NCBI GenBank assembly: GCA_039921745.1
Contig: JBDSBE010000082.1
Span: 42,418 to 106,417 of the forward strand
Length of the DNA: 64,000 nucleotides
Source: Ilumatobacteraceae bacterium
Lineage (GTDB): Bacteria > Actinomycetota > Acidimicrobiia > Acidimicrobiales > Ilumatobacteraceae
Direction: 5' to 3'
Positions 29,808 through 39,574 of this stretch are shown here, piece by piece. Position 1 is the first letter of the stretch, and every line of letters starts with the position of its first letter. The notes below the pieces were generated by a model, which saw nothing but the letters and a program-made list of their open reading frames with translations, did not search any database and was not told the DNA's origin. A program made the translations under genes and the position numbers.

Positions 29808-30707
29808 GTGGCCGTATCGAAGAAGCAGTCGACCGCCAAGAAGGCGCCTGTCAAGAAGGCGCCGGTCAAGAAGGCGCCGGCGAAGCAGGCGGCGACCAAA
29901 GCAGCCAAGAAAGCGCCGGCCAAGAAGGTGCCGACGAAGCAGACGCCTGCCAAGCGCGCGCCTGTGAAGAAGGCGGCCGGCAAGCAGGTGGCTGGCAAGC
30001 AGGTGGCTGGCACGAAGGTGGCTGGCAAGCGCGCACCGGCCAAGCAAGCGGCTGCGACGAAAGTACCGGCCAAGAAAGCACCGGCCAAAACAGCACCGGC
30101 CAAAAAAGCGCCTGCAACGAACGCACCTGGTCAGGCAGCGCCCGCGAAGCAGGCCTCCGCCAAACCGACGCCATCGTCGTCGCGATCGATCGCCAAGCGG
30201 GCGACCCCCACCAACCGATCCTCCGCACGGAAGGCACAGGCCGACACCGACATGGCCCGATCCTCGAATCACGCATCCGTCCCCGACGAACTCCCCAAAC
30301 CACGCTTCAACAAGGATGGTTTCGGCTACACGAAGGACTTCGATCTGTCCTTCGTCAAAGACATGCACGACGCGCTCCAGGAGGAGCGGATCCGGCTCAC
30401 CGGGCAGGCCAAGCGCCTCGAGGACGAAGCGACCCAACTCGTCGAAGAGGCCGAGATGGGCGACGTCCAGTTCGACGATGAAGGCGGCGAAGGCGACACG
30501 ATGGTCGTGGAACGTGAACGCGACCTCGCGTTGAGCGCGCAGGCTCGGGAGGCGATCGCCGAGATCGACGCGGCGATCGAGCGGATCAAGATCGGGACCT
30601 ACGGGTACTCGGTCGTTTCCGGGTCTCCGATTCCGCGTGAGCGCCTCGAAGCGATCCCCTGGTCGACCGAGCTGGTCGCGGAGAAGGTCGGCGGGATCGG
30701 CCGCTGA
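29808..30707 (+). CDS. Histone-like (KKAPAKK) N-terminus plus DksA/TraR-like domain (DdbA-like)
   Basis: Lys/Ala/Pro repeats, coiled coil, EIDAAIERIKIGTYG...IPRERLEAIPW; lies between ileS and lspA. Confidence 0.88.
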   Translation: MAVSKKQSTAKKAPVKKAPVKKAPAKQAATKAAKKAPAKKVPTKQTPAKRAPVKKAAGKQVAGKQVAGTKVAGKRAPAKQAAATKVPAKKAPAKTAPAKKAPATNAPGQAAPAKQASAKPTPSSSRSIAKRATPTNRSSARKAQADTDMARSSNHASVPDELPKPRFNKDGFGYTKDFDLSFVKDMHDALQEERIRLTGQAKRLEDEATQLVEEAEMGDVQFDDEGGEGDTMVVERERDLALSAQAREAIAEIDAAIERIKIGTYGYSVVSGSPIPRERLEAIPWSTELVAEKVGGIGR

Positions 30708-30730
30708 CGCGGTCCCGCGAGCCGACGACG

Positions 30731-31234
30731 ATGACCACGACCGGTGGCGCCCGCTTGGCGTGGGCCCCCGTCGCCCTGACGATCCTCGTCGTCGATCAGC
30801 TCAGTAAGCACTGGGCGGTCAACGAACTCGCCGACCGCGACATCGGGGTCTTCTGGACCCTCCGGTTGAACCTGTCGTACAACACCGGCATGGCGTTCAG
30901 TCGGGGCCAGAACATGGGCCCGCTGATCGGCGTGGTCGCATTGGTGGTCGTGGTGGTCCTCCTGCTCGGATTGAAGCGGCAACCCGGTCGGCTCACCGAC
31001 ATCGCCGTCGGCCTGATCGTCGGCGGCGCGATCGGGAACGTGATCGACCGACTCTTCCGTCAAGCCGGCTGGTTCCGCGGCGCCGTGGTCGACTTCATCG
31101 ACTTCCAGTGGTTCCCGATCTTCAACGTGGCCGACATGGGCGTCACCGTGGGCGGCGCGATCCTGATCCTCGCATCGTGGCTCGCCGCCCGGGCCGATCA
31201 CGCCGAGCACGACACCAGAGCCGACGTGACATGA
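30731..31234 (+). CDS. lspA: Signal peptidase II
   Basis: VDQLSK, NTGMAFS, GGAIGNVIDR, VVDFID, FNVAD. Confidence 0.96.
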   Translation: MTTTGGARLAWAPVALTILVVDQLSKHWAVNELADRDIGVFWTLRLNLSYNTGMAFSRGQNMGPLIGVVALVVVVVLLLGLKRQPGRLTDIAVGLIVGGAIGNVIDRLFRQAGWFRGAVVDFIDFQWFPIFNVADMGVTVGGAILILASWLAARADHAEHDTRADVT

Positions 31235-32169
31235 GCGAATTGATCGTCGAAATCGTTCCGCCCGCGCTCGCCGGTCAGCGGCTCGACCGAATCGTCGCCC
31301 TGCTGCTCGACGTGAGCCGCTCGATCGCGACTGCGGTCATCGCGGCCGGCGGCGCCACCGTCGACGGTGCGGTCGCGGCAACGGGCAAGACTCGGATGGA
31401 GGAGGGCCAGGCCGTCACCGTCGACCCCGACGCGATCCCGGTCGAGGAGCCGCCGCAAGGGGACCCGTCGGTGCAGTTCGGCGTCGTCCACGAAGACGAC
31501 CACATCGTCGTGATCGACAAGCCTGCGGGTCTGGTCGTCCACCCGGGCGCTGGGAACGACAGCGGCACATTGGCCAACGGTCTGCTCGCCAGATATCCCG
31601 AGATGGTCGACGTGGGCGAGCGGATCCGGCCGGGCATCGTGCACCGCCTGGATGCAGGAAGCTCCGGCCTCCTCGTCGCTGCGAGGACGCAGGCCGCGGC
31701 CGACGCGCTCGTCGCCCAGTTCGCCGACCACTCCGCGACCCGGGCGTACCTCGCCCTGGTGTGGGGCCATCCGGCGTCACCGCACGGCGTGATCGATGCG
31801 CCCGTCGGTCGATCCCGGCGAGACCCGCTCAGGATGGCCGTTGTCGCGGATGGCCGGTGGGCCCGAACCGAGTACCAGGTTCTCGAACGGTACGACAGTC
31901 CGGCGGCGCTGGCGCTGCTCGACTGCCGACTCGAGACGGGTCGAACCCACCAGATCCGCGTCCATCTCAGCTCGATCAACCATCCGCTGGTCGGCGACCC
32001 GACGTACGGCCAACGTCGTCCGACGTTGCAGGTCGCACGCCCGTTCCTCCACGCCGCCGAACTCTCATTCCTGCACCCGGGCTCGGGTCAGCAGGTCACG
32101 TTCCGGAGCGAACTCGCACCAGATCTGGCCGAGCGACTCAGCACGCTCCGGCGGGTCGCCGACGACTGA
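31231..32169 (+). CDS. RluA/RluD family pseudouridine synthase
   Basis: S4-like RLD, DKPAGLVVHPG, GIVHRLDAGSSG, LETGRTHQIRVH. Confidence 0.95.
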   Translation: MSELIVEIVPPALAGQRLDRIVALLLDVSRSIATAVIAAGGATVDGAVAATGKTRMEEGQAVTVDPDAIPVEEPPQGDPSVQFGVVHEDDHIVVIDKPAGLVVHPGAGNDSGTLANGLLARYPEMVDVGERIRPGIVHRLDAGSSGLLVAARTQAAADALVAQFADHSATRAYLALVWGHPASPHGVIDAPVGRSRRDPLRMAVVADGRWARTEYQVLERYDSPAALALLDCRLETGRTHQIRVHLSSINHPLVGDPTYGQRRPTLQVARPFLHAAELSFLHPGSGQQVTFRSELAPDLAERLSTLRRVADD

Positions 32170-32174
32170 GGCCG

Positions 32175-32648
32175 TCAGGCCGACGCAACGTCGATCGACG
32201 ACGTGTCTGGTCGGCCGGGCCACGCGGCGTCGCCCTGCGCCGTCTCGGCGATCGACGCGAGCGTGAACCCGTCGAGATGTCGCCGCATCACCTCGCCCGC
32301 CTGGTTCCAGATCGCCAGCAGCACGCACTGGCCCTCGTGGTCGCAGGCTCCGTCCTGGTGCGGTTGACCGAAGTCGCCGAGGGTGATCGGCCCGTCGACG
32401 GCTGCCAGAATTTCGGACAGCATGATCGCCTCGGGACTGCGGGCGAGGGTGTAGCCACCGCCGACCCCCCGCTTCGATCGCACCAGTCCGGCGCCCTTCA
32501 GTGCGAGCAGGATCTGCTCCAGATACGGCTGGGGGAGCCCGGTTCGCTCTGCGATGTCGCGCACCGAGGTCGGGCCCGGCTCGTCGGTGCGCAGCGTGAG
32601 CGACAGCAGCGCACGACACGCATAGTCGCCTCGGGTCGAAACTCGCAC
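32175..32648 (-). CDS. Rrf2 family transcriptional regulator
   Basis: STRGDYACRAL, YLEQILLALKGAGLVRSKRGVGGGY. Start chosen from TACGCT-N6-GTG. Confidence 0.93.
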   Translation of the reverse strand: MRVSTRGDYACRALLSLTLRTDEPGPTSVRDIAERTGLPQPYLEQILLALKGAGLVRSKRGVGGGYTLARSPEAIMLSEILAAVDGPITLGDFGQPHQDGACDHEGQCVLLAIWNQAGEVMRRHLDGFTLASIAETAQGDAAWPGRPDTSSIDVASA

Positions 32649-32719
32649 GGGCACAGCGTAGGTGCTGACGGTCGTTTCGCTTGGCCTCGACCACCCGGAG
32701 GTGGTGGACTAGCGAGTGC

Positions 32720-33865
32720 GTGACCGAACCACATGAATCGCCGAACGTGCACCGTGCCGATCAACCCGTCCTGCCCGACTACGGCGGCGCGAATGTGCGC
32801 GGCATCATCCCGGCGCTGCTGGGCCCGCAGGACTGGTCCCGATCGTTGCCGACGTGGATGCCCGACGTCATCCGTGAGGCGCAGCAGGTGGTGCTGCTCG
32901 TGCTGGACGGGCTCGGCTGGGACCAACTCCAGGACCGCCGTGACATCGCACCGACGATCGCGTCGCTGCAGGGTGGCCCGATCACGACGGTCGCACCCAC
33001 GACGACCGCAACGGCACTCAGCTCGATCGCCACCGGGCTCACTCCCGGCGAGCACGGTCTGATTGGCTACCGGATTGCGATCGGTGGCGAGGTGATGAAC
33101 GTGCTGCGGTGGGCCGTCGACGGCGAGAACCGCCGCCGATCGAACGTACCGAGTGAGATCCAGCGCTTCCCGGCGTTCCTGGGCGAGGCGGTTCCCGTCG
33201 TCACGCCGGCGGAGCTGATCGGCTCGGCGTTCAGCGAGGGTCACCTCCGGGGGTCGACCGGCGTGGGCTATCGGCTGCCGTCGTCGATCTGCATTGAGAC
33301 CGCGCGGTTGCTCGCGGAGGGCGAACGCTTCGTCTACGCCTACTACGCGGGAGTCGACAAGATCGCCCACGAACGGGGGTTCGGACCGTTCTACGACGCC
33401 GAACTGCGGACGGCCGACCGCCTCGTCGCCGACATGCTCGAGCAGTTGCCCGCCGGCGCGGCGCTGCTCGTGACGGCGGACCACGGCCAAGTGGACGTCG
33501 GATCCAACATCGTGACGCCGACGTCGGCACTGCTCGCGCACGTCGCCCAGCAGTCCGGCGAGGGCAGGTTCCGTTGGTTGCATGCGCACCGTGGCGGCGT
33601 CGACGATCTGCTCGCAGCGGCGATGGAGGAGTTCTCGGACACCGGTTGGGTGATGTCGCGTGAACAGTTGATCACCGAAGGATGGTTCGGCCCGACGGTC
33701 TCACCGCAGGTCGCGCAACGACTCGGCGACGTGGCGGTTCTGGCTCGAGAACCCGTCAGCTATCACGATCCCGATGACAGCGGGCCGTTCGAACTCGTGT
33801 GCCGGCACGGCTCGATGACCTCCGCCGAGGTGTACGTGCCCCTCATCGCGGGCATGCCTCGATGA
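32720..33865 (+). CDS. Alkaline phosphatase superfamily phosphodiesterase/nucleotide pyrophosphatase
   Basis: LVLDGLG, PTTTATAL, DKIAH, TADHG, HGS. Confidence 0.88.
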   Translation: MTEPHESPNVHRADQPVLPDYGGANVRGIIPALLGPQDWSRSLPTWMPDVIREAQQVVLLVLDGLGWDQLQDRRDIAPTIASLQGGPITTVAPTTTATALSSIATGLTPGEHGLIGYRIAIGGEVMNVLRWAVDGENRRRSNVPSEIQRFPAFLGEAVPVVTPAELIGSAFSEGHLRGSTGVGYRLPSSICIETARLLAEGERFVYAYYAGVDKIAHERGFGPFYDAELRTADRLVADMLEQLPAGAALLVTADHGQVDVGSNIVTPTSALLAHVAQQSGEGRFRWLHAHRGGVDDLLAAAMEEFSDTGWVMSREQLITEGWFGPTVSPQVAQRLGDVAVLAREPVSYHDPDDSGPFELVCRHGSMTSAEVYVPLIAGMPR

Positions 33866-33887
33866 CCCCCCGAACCGAGGAGACCCG

Positions 33888-34463
33888 ATGACCGACACTC
33901 ACCCGGCGAGCGACACCGACTCCGAGACTGCGACCGAGACCGATACCGAGACCGGGACCGGGACGACCGACAGCGTCGAGCACGGCGAACTCGTCGAGGC
34001 ATCCGACGCACCCGACGCATCCGACGAGGCCGAGACGAACTCGGTCACCGAGCCGGCCAAGGTAATGCGGATCGGATCGATGGTCAAGCAACTGCTCGAG
34101 GAGGTTCGACAGGCGCCGCTCGACGAGGCCAGCCGGGAACGCCTCGCGGAGATCTACGAGCGGTCGGTGGTCGAGCTGTGTGGTGCGCTGTCGCCCGATC
34201 TGCAACAGGAGCTCCGGATGCTCACCCTGCCGTTCGACGAGGGCGCGGTTCCGAGTGAAAGCGAGCTCCGCGTCGCCCAGGCTCAGCTGGTCGGGTGGCT
34301 CGAAGGCCTCTTCCACGGCATCCAGGCAACCCTGTTCGCCCAGCAGTTCGCGGCGCGCCAGCAGCTCGAGCAGATGCGTCAACTGCCCGCAGGGAGTCAG
34401 GGGCACGGCCTTCCCGGCCAGCCGATGCCGCTGCAATCCGACAACCCCGGTACGTACCTCTGA
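33888..34463 (+). CDS. bpa: Bacterial proteasome activator (Bpa/PafE, DUF2587)
   Basis: PAKVMRIGSMVKQLLEEVR, ELRVAQAQLVGWLEGLFHGIQ, C-terminal GTYL (HbYX). Confidence 0.92.
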   Translation: MTDTHPASDTDSETATETDTETGTGTTDSVEHGELVEASDAPDASDEAETNSVTEPAKVMRIGSMVKQLLEEVRQAPLDEASRERLAEIYERSVVELCGALSPDLQQELRMLTLPFDEGAVPSESELRVAQAQLVGWLEGLFHGIQATLFAQQFAARQQLEQMRQLPAGSQGHGLPGQPMPLQSDNPGTYL

Positions 34464-34567
34464 GATCGCGCTCCGCGTTGCGATCCGTCTTGCGCACAGT
34501 GAAAGCTCGTCGGGATCGTCTGGTAGGTTCGCGAATCACGTCTTTGTGATTCCCACCGCCTGAACCA

Positions 34568-37500
34568 GTGTCCTCCGACTCCTTCACCCACCTCCACGTC
34601 CACACCGAGTTCTCGATGCTCGACGGTGCGGCGCGCCTCGACGAGATGGTTGCCAAGGCCGTTGCCGACGGTCAGCCGGCGATCGGCATGACCGATCACG
34701 GCAACATGTACGGCACGCTCGAGTTCTACAAGGAGTGCCGCAAGCAGGGCATCAAGCCGATCATCGGCACCGAGGCCTACATGGCGCACGACCACCGGTC
34801 GGAGCGCCCGACCCGCCGTGGCCGCGTCGACGACTCCGGCGGTGACACCGAGGGCGGCAAGAAGCTCTACTACCACCTGACGCTGCTCGCCGAGAACGAG
34901 GTCGGCTACCGGAACCTGATCCAGCTGTCGAGCCTCGCGTTCCTCGAGGGCTACTACTACAAGCCCCGCATCGACTGGGAGCTGATCGAAAAGTACTCGA
35001 CGGGGCTGATCGCAACGACCGGCTGTCTCGGCGGTCAGGTGCTCCAGTCGATGCTCAACGGTGACGACCAGGGCGCACTCGACAAAGCCGCCCGGCTGCA
35101 GGACATCTTCGGTCGGGACAACCTGTTCGTCGAACTGCAGGACCACGGCATCGCAGCCCAGCACGAGACGAACCCGAAACTGGTCGAGATCGCCAAGAAG
35201 ATCGGCGCCCCGCTGCTCGCCACGAACGATTCGCACTACACCCATCGCGAAGATCACGAAAGCCACGACGCACTCCTGTGCGTCCAGACCGGTGCCCTGA
35301 TCTCCGACCCGAAACGCTTCAAGTTCCAGGGCCAGGAGCACTACCTGAAGACCGCACAGGAGATGCGGTACCTGTTCCGTGAGCTCCCCGAGGCGTGCGA
35401 CAACAGCCTCTGGATCGCCGAACGCGCGGACCTGGAGATCGAGTTCGGCGACGCGCTGCTCCCGAACTTCCCGCTTCCCGACGGGTTCGCGACCGACGCG
35501 CAGTACCTCGAACACCTCACCTGGGAGGGCGCGAAGCGGCGGTGGGGCGACAACCTGCCGGACAGCGTCGTCGAACGCGTGTCGTACGAGCTCAAGACGA
35601 TCAACGACATGGGGTTCGCCTCCTACTTCCTCATCACCTGGGACCTGATCCGATACGCCCGTGATGAGCGAATCCGCGTCGGACCCGGCCGCGGGTCGGC
35701 GGCCGGATGCGCGGTTGCCTACTGCCTCTGGATCACCGACCTCGACCCGATCAAGTACGACCTGCTGTTCGAGCGAGTCCTGAACCCGAGCCGGGTCTCG
35801 ATGCCCGACATCGACATGGACTTCGACTCGCGGTACCGCGATCAGATGATCCGCTATGCGTCGGACACGTACGGCCGCGAGCACGTCGCCCAGATCATCA
35901 CCTTCGGCACGATCAAGGCCCGCAATGCAGTGCGCGACGCAGCCCGCGTGCTCGGTTACCCCTACGGCGTCGGCGACAAAGTCGCAAAGGCCATGCCCCC
36001 GCTCGTGATGGGGCGTGACACGCCGCTCAAGTACTGCTTCGAACCGAGCGAGAAGTACGCCGACGGCTACAAAGCCGCCCAAGACCTCCGAGCCATGTAC
36101 GACACCGATCCGGACATCAAGAAGGTTGTCGACGTCGCCAAAGGCCTCGAAGGGCTCAAACGATCGGACGGTATCCACGCCGCAGCCGTCGTGATCACGA
36201 AGGAACCGGTCACGCACTATCTCCCGGTCCAACGCAAGCCGGAGTCGGGCCAGGACCCCGACGATGCGCCGGTGGTCACGCAGTTCGAGATGGGCGGCGT
36301 CGAATCGCTCGGCCTGTTGAAGATGGATTTCCTGGGGTTGCGCAACCTCGACGTCATCACCGACACCCAGGAGATGGTCCGCGCAAGCCGCGACCCCGAG
36401 TTCGACGTCGACTCGATCTCGCTGGAGGACGCGGCGACCTTCGATCTGCTCGGCCGTGGCGACACCCTCGGCGTGTTCCAGCTCGAGTCGCCGCCGATGC
36501 GCCAGCTCCTCCGAGCCCTCATGCCGACGACGTTCAACGACGTCGCCGCTCTGATCGCGCTGTACCGGCCCGGGCCGATGAGCGCGAACATGCACTACGA
36601 CTTCGCCGACCGCAAGAACGGTCGCAAGCCGGTCGAGTACTTCCATGCGGACGCAGAAGAAGTGCTCCACGACACGTACGGCCTCATGATCTACCAGGAG
36701 TCGGTGATGCGGGTCGCCCAGAAATTTGCGGGCTACTCGCTGGCCGAAGCGGACAACCTCCGCAAGGCGATGGGCAAGAAGGTCCGCGAGGTGATGGCCG
36801 AGGCTCGTGAAGGGTTCGAGGCCGGCGTGGAACGCACCGGGTACGGCCCGGTCCTCGGCAAGGAACTGTTCGACATCATCGAGCGGTTCGCCGACTACGC
36901 GTTCGGCAAGAGTCACAGCTTCGGCTACGGCCTCGTCACATACCAGACCGCTTATCTCAAGGCGCACTATCCGGTCGAATACTTCGCCTGCCTGCTGACG
37001 AGCGTGAAGAGCAACCTCGACAAGGCGGCGACGTATCTGAGCGACTGCCGATCAGCGGACATCAAGGTCCTGACCCCCGACATCAACCGATCGGTGATGA
37101 ACTTCGCCGCACTCCCCGCTGGCAGCGTTCCGGCGGACGTGTCGCTCGCGATCGGGAGCCCCGGTGCGATCACGTTCGGTCTGTCAGCCGTCCGCAACGT
37201 CGGGGAGGGTCTGGTCGAACAACTCCTGGCCGAACGCGACGAGAACGGCGAGTTCGAGACGTTCTACGACTTCGCCGAGCGTGTTCCGGAGCAGGTGCTC
37301 AATAAGCGCACCGTCGAGTCGTTGATCAAGGCCGGGGCGTTCGATCGCCTCGGTCTGCCCCGTCGGGGTCTGCTCGCATCGTTCGAGCAGATCATCGAGA
37401 CGACGATCGATCGGCGCCGCGAACGCGACCGTGGCGTGATGAGCCTGTTCGGCGACTGGGGCGACGACGGCTCCGCCGACGACACCGGCGGGTTCAGCGA

Positions 37501-38149
37501 GCAGATCCCGATTCCGGACATCGAGTTCGACAAGGGCGACAAGCTCAAAGCGGAGAAGGACATGCTGGGCCTGTACGTCTCGGACCATCCGCTGTTCGGT
37601 GTGGAATCGGCGCTGAAACGCAAGGTCGATCAGGCGCTCGTCGAGCTCGAGTTCATGGAAGACGGCGCCAACGTGAAAGCTGGTGGCGTGATCACCAATC
37701 TCGCCCGGAAGTTCACGAAGAAAGGTGACCAGATGGCGGTGTTCGTGCTGGAGGACCTCGAATCGTCGATCGAGGTGACCGTGTTCCCACGCACCTTGCT
37801 CGAACAGGGTCACAAACTCGAAGATGACGTGATCGTCACCGTCAAGGGCCGCCTCGATCGCCGTGACGAGTCGCGCTTCGGGCTGATCGCCCACCACATC
37901 GACGTGCTGACCGGTCTCTCCGACGGTCCGGCCGCACCGCTGCGTCTGATGCTACCGAGCCATTCGCTCGACGAACTCAAGATCCAGCGCCTGAAGCGGA
38001 TCCTGCGAGACCACCCCGGCGACTCGGTCGTCCAGGTCGACATCGGCCAGGGCAAGATCCTGCGCCTCGCCGATGACTTCCGGGTCGACATCGATCGGTC
38101 GGTCGGCGAACTCCGGATGGCGTTCGGCCATGACGCGGTGCTGCTGTGA
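34568..38149 (+). CDS. dnaE: DNA polymerase III alpha subunit
   Basis: HLHVHTEFSMLDG PHP domain, GRGSAAG, MPDIDMDF, KMDFLGL, OB fold. Confidence 0.98.
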   Translation: MSSDSFTHLHVHTEFSMLDGAARLDEMVAKAVADGQPAIGMTDHGNMYGTLEFYKECRKQGIKPIIGTEAYMAHDHRSERPTRRGRVDDSGGDTEGGKKLYYHLTLLAENEVGYRNLIQLSSLAFLEGYYYKPRIDWELIEKYSTGLIATTGCLGGQVLQSMLNGDDQGALDKAARLQDIFGRDNLFVELQDHGIAAQHETNPKLVEIAKKIGAPLLATNDSHYTHREDHESHDALLCVQTGALISDPKRFKFQGQEHYLKTAQEMRYLFRELPEACDNSLWIAERADLEIEFGDALLPNFPLPDGFATDAQYLEHLTWEGAKRRWGDNLPDSVVERVSYELKTINDMGFASYFLITWDLIRYARDERIRVGPGRGSAAGCAVAYCLWITDLDPIKYDLLFERVLNPSRVSMPDIDMDFDSRYRDQMIRYASDTYGREHVAQIITFGTIKARNAVRDAARVLGYPYGVGDKVAKAMPPLVMGRDTPLKYCFEPSEKYADGYKAAQDLRAMYDTDPDIKKVVDVAKGLEGLKRSDGIHAAAVVITKEPVTHYLPVQRKPESGQDPDDAPVVTQFEMGGVESLGLLKMDFLGLRNLDVITDTQEMVRASRDPEFDVDSISLEDAATFDLLGRGDTLGVFQLESPPMRQLLRALMPTTFNDVAALIALYRPGPMSANMHYDFADRKNGRKPVEYFHADAEEVLHDTYGLMIYQESVMRVAQKFAGYSLAEADNLRKAMGKKVREVMAEAREGFEAGVERTGYGPVLGKELFDIIERFADYAFGKSHSFGYGLVTYQTAYLKAHYPVEYFACLLTSVKSNLDKAATYLSDCRSADIKVLTPDINRSVMNFAALPAGSVPADVSLAIGSPGAITFGLSAVRNVGEGLVEQLLAERDENGEFETFYDFAERVPEQVLNKRTVESLIKAGAFDRLGLPRRGLLASFEQIIETTIDRRRERDRGVMSLFGDWGDDGSADDTGGFSEQIPIPDIEFDKGDKLKAEKDMLGLYVSDHPLFGVESALKRKVDQALVELEFMEDGANVKAGGVITNLARKFTKKGDQMAVFVLEDLESSIEVTVFPRTLLEQGHKLEDDVIVTVKGRLDRRDESRFGLIAHHIDVLTGLSDGPAAPLRLMLPSHSLDELKIQRLKRILRDHPGDSVVQVDIGQGKILRLADDFRVDIDRSVGELRMAFGHDAVLL

Positions 38150-38281
38150 TCCGTCTCGTCCGCCGAATCGTCAAGACCGTCATCATCTGGCGGTTGATCG
38201 ACGAGATCCGCCGCCGTTTGTGAATCCGTTCAGCATCGGTGGCACAATGACAGCTCGAAATCAGCCAGGAGTAGAAGGCAC

Positions 38282-38935
38282 ATGCCGCTCGAAGTAACCA
38301 CGAATGACGCCAGTTCACTGACTGTCGAGGACCTCGAAGAAATGGCTTCGATGGAGGGGGCGTTCGACGTCGATTCCCTGACGAAGGCCCAGGAGGACTG
38401 GGTCCTGGCGACGATCGCCCGAGTCGACGGCAAATTGCACGGGTTCATGTTCTCCACGCTCGAACGGATCGGCGGCACTCCGTGCGTCCTGATCGGCATG
38501 TTCAGCGTGCGCCGCAACTCCAAGCGCGACACCGTGCTGCGCGGCCTGATGGGCGAGGCGTACCATCGGGCACTGATGGCGTTCCCCGACGAGGACGTCG
38601 TCGTCGGCTCCCGGTTCGTGAACGCCGATGGGCTCGAAGCATTCGACAAGCTCGACGAAGTGACGCCGTCGCCCGACTCGCGTGCGGTCGGGGAGGAGCG
38701 GGCATGGGGTCGTCGTCTCGCCAAGCGGTTCGGTGTCGACTCGAAATACGACGCCAAGTCCTTCATCGCGAAGAACGCGCAGACGGGCTTTCTCGATTTC
38801 GAGTCGGCCAAACCCGACCAGCTCGACAGCGACAAGGTCGAGATGATGTCGGCCGTCGAGGCCGGCGGCGGCGACGTGATGATCGCGTACGGCTGGACGA
38901 TGGCCGAAGACCTCGTCAAACACGGCAAGCGCTGA
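38282..38935 (+). CDS. Hypothetical protein, possible GNAT-like fold
   Basis: Clean ORF with RBS and high-GC3 codons; ARVDGKLHGFMF and VLIGMFSV strands resemble GNAT. Confidence 0.65.
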   Translation: MPLEVTTNDASSLTVEDLEEMASMEGAFDVDSLTKAQEDWVLATIARVDGKLHGFMFSTLERIGGTPCVLIGMFSVRRNSKRDTVLRGLMGEAYHRALMAFPDEDVVVGSRFVNADGLEAFDKLDEVTPSPDSRAVGEERAWGRRLAKRFGVDSKYDAKSFIAKNAQTGFLDFESAKPDQLDSDKVEMMSAVEAGGGDVMIAYGWTMAEDLVKHGKR

Positions 38936-38943
38936 CTCACACC

Positions 38944-39564
38944 GTGTCCGAGGCGGCACCACGGGACTTCGCCGACGTCGTGCGGTCTCGGCGCATGACC
39001 CGGGCGTTCACCCCGACGCCGGTCGACCCTGCCGTCATCGACGAACTCGTCGATCTGGCGGCGCGTGCCCCCAGCGCCGGCAAGACCCAGGGTTGGCACC
39101 TGCTCGCGCTCGAGGGTGTCGAGACCGCCCGGTTCTGGGACATCACGCTGCCCCCCGACCGTCGGGCGACGTTCCGATGGCGGGATCTGCTCGATGCGCC
39201 CGTGATCCTCCTCCCGTTCGCCGACGCACCGGCGTACGTCGATCGGTACGCCGAACCGGACAAATCGTCGACGGGTCTCGGCACCGGGATCGACGCGTGG
39301 CCGGCCCCGTACTGGACGATCGACGCCTCGATGGCCGTGATGACGTTGCTGCTCGGCGCCGAGGCGTTCGGTCTGGGCGCGCTGCTCTTCGGTGTGTTCC
39401 GATCCGAGACCGAACTCCGCGCCGAACTCGGCGTCCCCGAGCATCTCCAACTCCTCGGCGCGATCGCGCTCGGTCACCCCGCAGAGGCGCCGTCGGCCAG
39501 GGGCCGCAGTGCTGATCGCCCACGCCGGCGTGTCGCCGAAATCGTCCACCGCTCCCGCTGGTGA
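38944..39564 (+). CDS. Nitroreductase family protein
   Basis: VVRSRRMTRAF, RAPSAGKTQGW, EAFGLGA, IALGHP. Confidence 0.9.
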   Translation: MSEAAPRDFADVVRSRRMTRAFTPTPVDPAVIDELVDLAARAPSAGKTQGWHLLALEGVETARFWDITLPPDRRATFRWRDLLDAPVILLPFADAPAYVDRYAEPDKSSTGLGTGIDAWPAPYWTIDASMAVMTLLLGAEAFGLGALLFGVFRSETELRAELGVPEHLQLLGAIALGHPAEAPSARGRSADRPRRRVAEIVHRSRW

Positions 39565-39574
39565 TCGGCGCAGA

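Noticed and set aside
32720-33865. PglZ/BREX defence component
   Set aside because: Stand-alone alkaline-phosphatase-fold protein; no brx/pgl genes in the window
34397-36967. 856-aa antisense ORF to dnaE (similar ones opposite ileS, thrS, murC and the GGDEF gene)
   Set aside because: Codon-bias mirror ORFs with no recognisable domains
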